From positions 117,982-181,981 of the forward strand of contig NW_003314335.1 of NCBI RefSeq assembly GCF_000143415.4: a stretch of 64,000 bases of DNA. The letters are read 5' to 3'. The position numbers were made by a program, and so were the translations under genes. This document shows, piece by piece, positions 61,461-64,000 of the stretch. The notes below the pieces were generated by a model. The model was not told the origin of the DNA. It was given only the letters and a program-made list of their open reading frames with translations, and ran no database searches. Position 1 is the stretch's first letter. Each line of letters starts with the position of its first letter. This DNA is from Selaginella moellendorffii (lineage: Eukaryota; Plantae; Lycopodiophyta).

Positions 61461-62468
61461 TCAAACACAGAGCTTGGCATCCATCATTGCGCTGGATACG
61501 ATTCCCTCGAGATTTTCCTTTTGCATAAGGCGCTCGTCCCGTACCTACCAAAATAAGCGATAGAAATGGCGTGGCTTGATAGCTATATCACTAACCTTGG
61601 TCATGCACGTGGTGAAGATTTGGCCCTGGAAGGTGTTGACGCTAGCGCCCAGCACCTCCAAATCTAGCGACTCTAGGGCGCCAACGATGTCCGCTAGTAC
61701 GGTCGGGCAGCACCGGAATCGAACCAGGCACGTCCTGTTACATTCGTCCAGTTTCTCCACGTCTATCTGTGTCGACACTTTTAAATGCGATGATAAGGGC
61801 ATCGTCTCTGATGCCGAAGAGATTCTCTCGTTCTCTTACCTGGAGGCTCGCTAGTTTGTGATCTCGCCGATCGCCGCTGTGATGATCGTCCTCGAGCGAT
61901 GGCGAGGGCGACGCCGGGGACGCGGTCGTCAGCGATGAATTGGGGGAGCGGTGATCCTCTTCGATGGCACTGATCTCTCTCCGCATCGCCGAGACCTGCG
62001 ATTTGAGCTCCTCGACATAGCCGATGGCGTCGGCCATGATGGACGCCTTGTCCATCTGTCAGAAATCCCCAAAGATCGTTACTCCATCCATCAATCAATC
62101 GAGAGAGAGAAAGAGAGGATAGAAATGTGAGAGATTTCCCTCACCTTCGTGATCTTTGGGACGAGAGCGCGAAGCGAGTAGAGCTTCTCGTTGAGCTTCT
62201 GCCGGCGCTTGCGCTCCGAGAGGAGATTCTTGGAGAACTTCCTCTTGTTCCTCGAGGAACCGCGGCTGTCGTGCGTCGTCTCGTCATCGCTCAGGCTCTG
62301 CTCGAACAACTCCGGCGATCCCGCATTAGCCTCGCCGCTGCGATCGCCCTTCTCCACCTCCGCCCCCGGATTGCTCATCTGATCCTCAAACATTTGCTCC
62401 AGCAGCTGATCCGAGGAACCCGACTCCACATCGAACAGATCGAGGTCATAAGATTCCAGCGAGCTCAT
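61461..62468 (-). CDS. bHLH transcription factor with C-terminal ACT-like domain (subfamily III a/c, FIT/bHLH27/35-like)
   Basis: [47 protein letters not shown]; ACT-like LADIVGALESLDLEVLGASVNT. Confidence 0.9.
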
Positions 62469-62790
62469 TAGCCACAAGAAAAGAAGAAATCCACTGGAAG
62501 GATCTCCTACCTTGCAGAGCAGCACCCAAGAACCCTAGAGCCAAGGAAAGAAAAACCCTGCATTACGGCATATCCTCGCGGAATTTCTCCCATTCTTTTT
62601 TCCATTTTCTTAACTGCAAAGTTGACTATGTGGCCAATAGCCTTTAATGTCGAGAACACAACTGTACAATTTACATGCGCCATCCCCATGCACCACACGG
62701 CCTTTAAAAAAAAAGGTGGTACAAGCTAGGCGACAAAAAAGTATGAATCACGTTCTTTCAACTTTCCTTAATAATATAATTTAGTCAACG

Positions 62791-63276
62791 ATGTTAGTCA
62801 AAGTGTGCCACGCTGGCCTTTTACAAAGAGGGAGTGGCGATGAACCACCACCACTGTCACCACATCACCACCAAAAGAAGGCGTCCAAAATCATTCACAC
62901 CCTAGTAAATTGGTTGCATGGTGATGGTTCTTCCCCCTCTTATGAAACCATGGACGATCACCAAGAACACCACGGCACTGCTTGTCACCGCGAGAAGATC
63001 AAGGGCGGCAGCGTCCCCGTCTACGTTGGCCATGGCAACCCGGAGCGCTTCCTCGTCAAGCTCAAGCTCATCAATCACCCCCTGTTTCGAAAGCTCCTGG
63101 AGCTGACCGAGGAAGAGCTGGGCTTTTGCGACAACTGCCGCCTCGTCGTTCCCTGCGACGCTCACGTCTTCCAGAGGGTTATCGCTCGCATCGATGCCGA
63201 GGAGAGCGGGAGAAAGCTGCGCCCCGCCGAGGAGGAACTCCTCGGCCTCTTTGATTCCATCCCCGGTTCCTCGTAA
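62791..63276 (+). CDS. SAUR: SAUR auxin-responsive protein (start may be 62950)
   Basis: GSVPVYVG...ERFLV...NHPLFRKLLELTEEELGF...LVVPCDAHVF; intronless. Confidence 0.9.
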   Translation: MLVKVCHAGLLQRGSGDEPPPLSPHHHQKKASKIIHTLVNWLHGDGSSPSYETMDDHQEHHGTACHREKIKGGSVPVYVGHGNPERFLVKLKLINHPLFRKLLELTEEELGFCDNCRLVVPCDAHVFQRVIARIDAEESGRKLRPAEEELLGLFDSIPGSS

Positions 63277-63400
63277 TTAGCTCGTTGGAGTAACGCTTCC
63301 GGAACTTGAAAGGCTCGTTCTCCTGTGTTGTAACTGATGGGAGAACGATGAAAAGAAAGTAGAATGCAAATAGACTTACTTGTCTTGTATAAACATAAGA

Positions 63401-64000
63401 TTAGTCTTGTGTGTGCCGTGTTGTATTTTTGTTATACTTCTTAAAAGCCAGAGCTTGAGTGGCAGCAGGGTTCAAAGGGCTCCCTGCGTTGGAGCTTGAT
63501 CGGCTGCTGTGTTGAGTTCTGCTGAAACTCTTTAGTACGCTTGAAGCACTGCTGCTCCTACTGCTGCTACTGTCTTGGGAGAGATCTCCTATCAATAGAA
63601 TACTAACTGGAGAACCATTGAGAAGTCCACTGCTGCTAGAGCTTAAGCTTGTGTCTGAGAGCGAGTCTCCTTCCAAAAGACGAAGCACCTGGTGAAAAAG
63701 ACACGTTAAGCTGTGAAGCACACAGCATGTAAAGATCTGACCTGAGACATTCGAGGACGAATCAAAGGATCGGGGTCAATGCAAAGAGTGGCCGCAAGGA
63801 GCATGTTTTCCACCTCGTTTACACAAAATCTTCCCCGAAGCCGCTGATCAATCAGTTTCTCATACTTCTGCTCTCGAAGAAATGGTCGTGCCTGCATTCA
63901 ACAAGATTAGATGCAGCAAACTTCATTACTTATGGACTTACCCATTCCGACAAGCACATCTCTCCTTTGTTGCGAGATAAATCCACAGCCTTCCGACCAC
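63401..64000 (-). CDS. Receptor-like cytoplasmic (PERK-related) kinase, 3' end; runs off window end
   Basis: GRKAVDLSRNKGEMCLSEW/ARPFLREQKYEKLIDQRL...RPRMSQ/VLRLLEGD, followed by a Ser-rich tail. Confidence 0.85.

Overview
Gene-dense land-plant nuclear DNA with very short (about 50-65 nt) GT-AG introns. The gene set and intron size suggest the lycophyte Selaginella (inference). The left arm (1-17 kb) holds a cationic amino acid transporter (partial), an intronless Ser/Thr kinase, a RING-coiled coil-WD40 gene, an unusual tRNA-Ile with a GAU anticodon on a cytosolic-type body, a PLS-E PPR gene, Hsp110, a FAF-domain gene, PI-PLC, PP2C and tRNA-Ser(AGA). The centre (about 18.1-45.3 kb) is an accessory island between duplicated PP2C/tRNA-Ser/4CL segments. 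It begins with two apparently intact Crinkler/CR-effector-like genes (P-loop NTPase+REase; REase+kinase). A retroelement nest follows: gypsy and copia relics, two TRIM copies, a solo LTR with TSD, and a 6.45 kb composite TRIM with TSD. The right arm has an intact 4CL and a 3.9 kb tandem duplication of VPS26 / Uma2-nuclease+PHD finger / GH18 chitinase, followed by SPFH-like, bHLH, SAUR and partial RLCK genes. The most interesting signals are the tRNA-Ile(GAU), the Uma2-PHD fusion and the CR-type nuclease genes. All calls come from motif recognition by eye; no searches were run.
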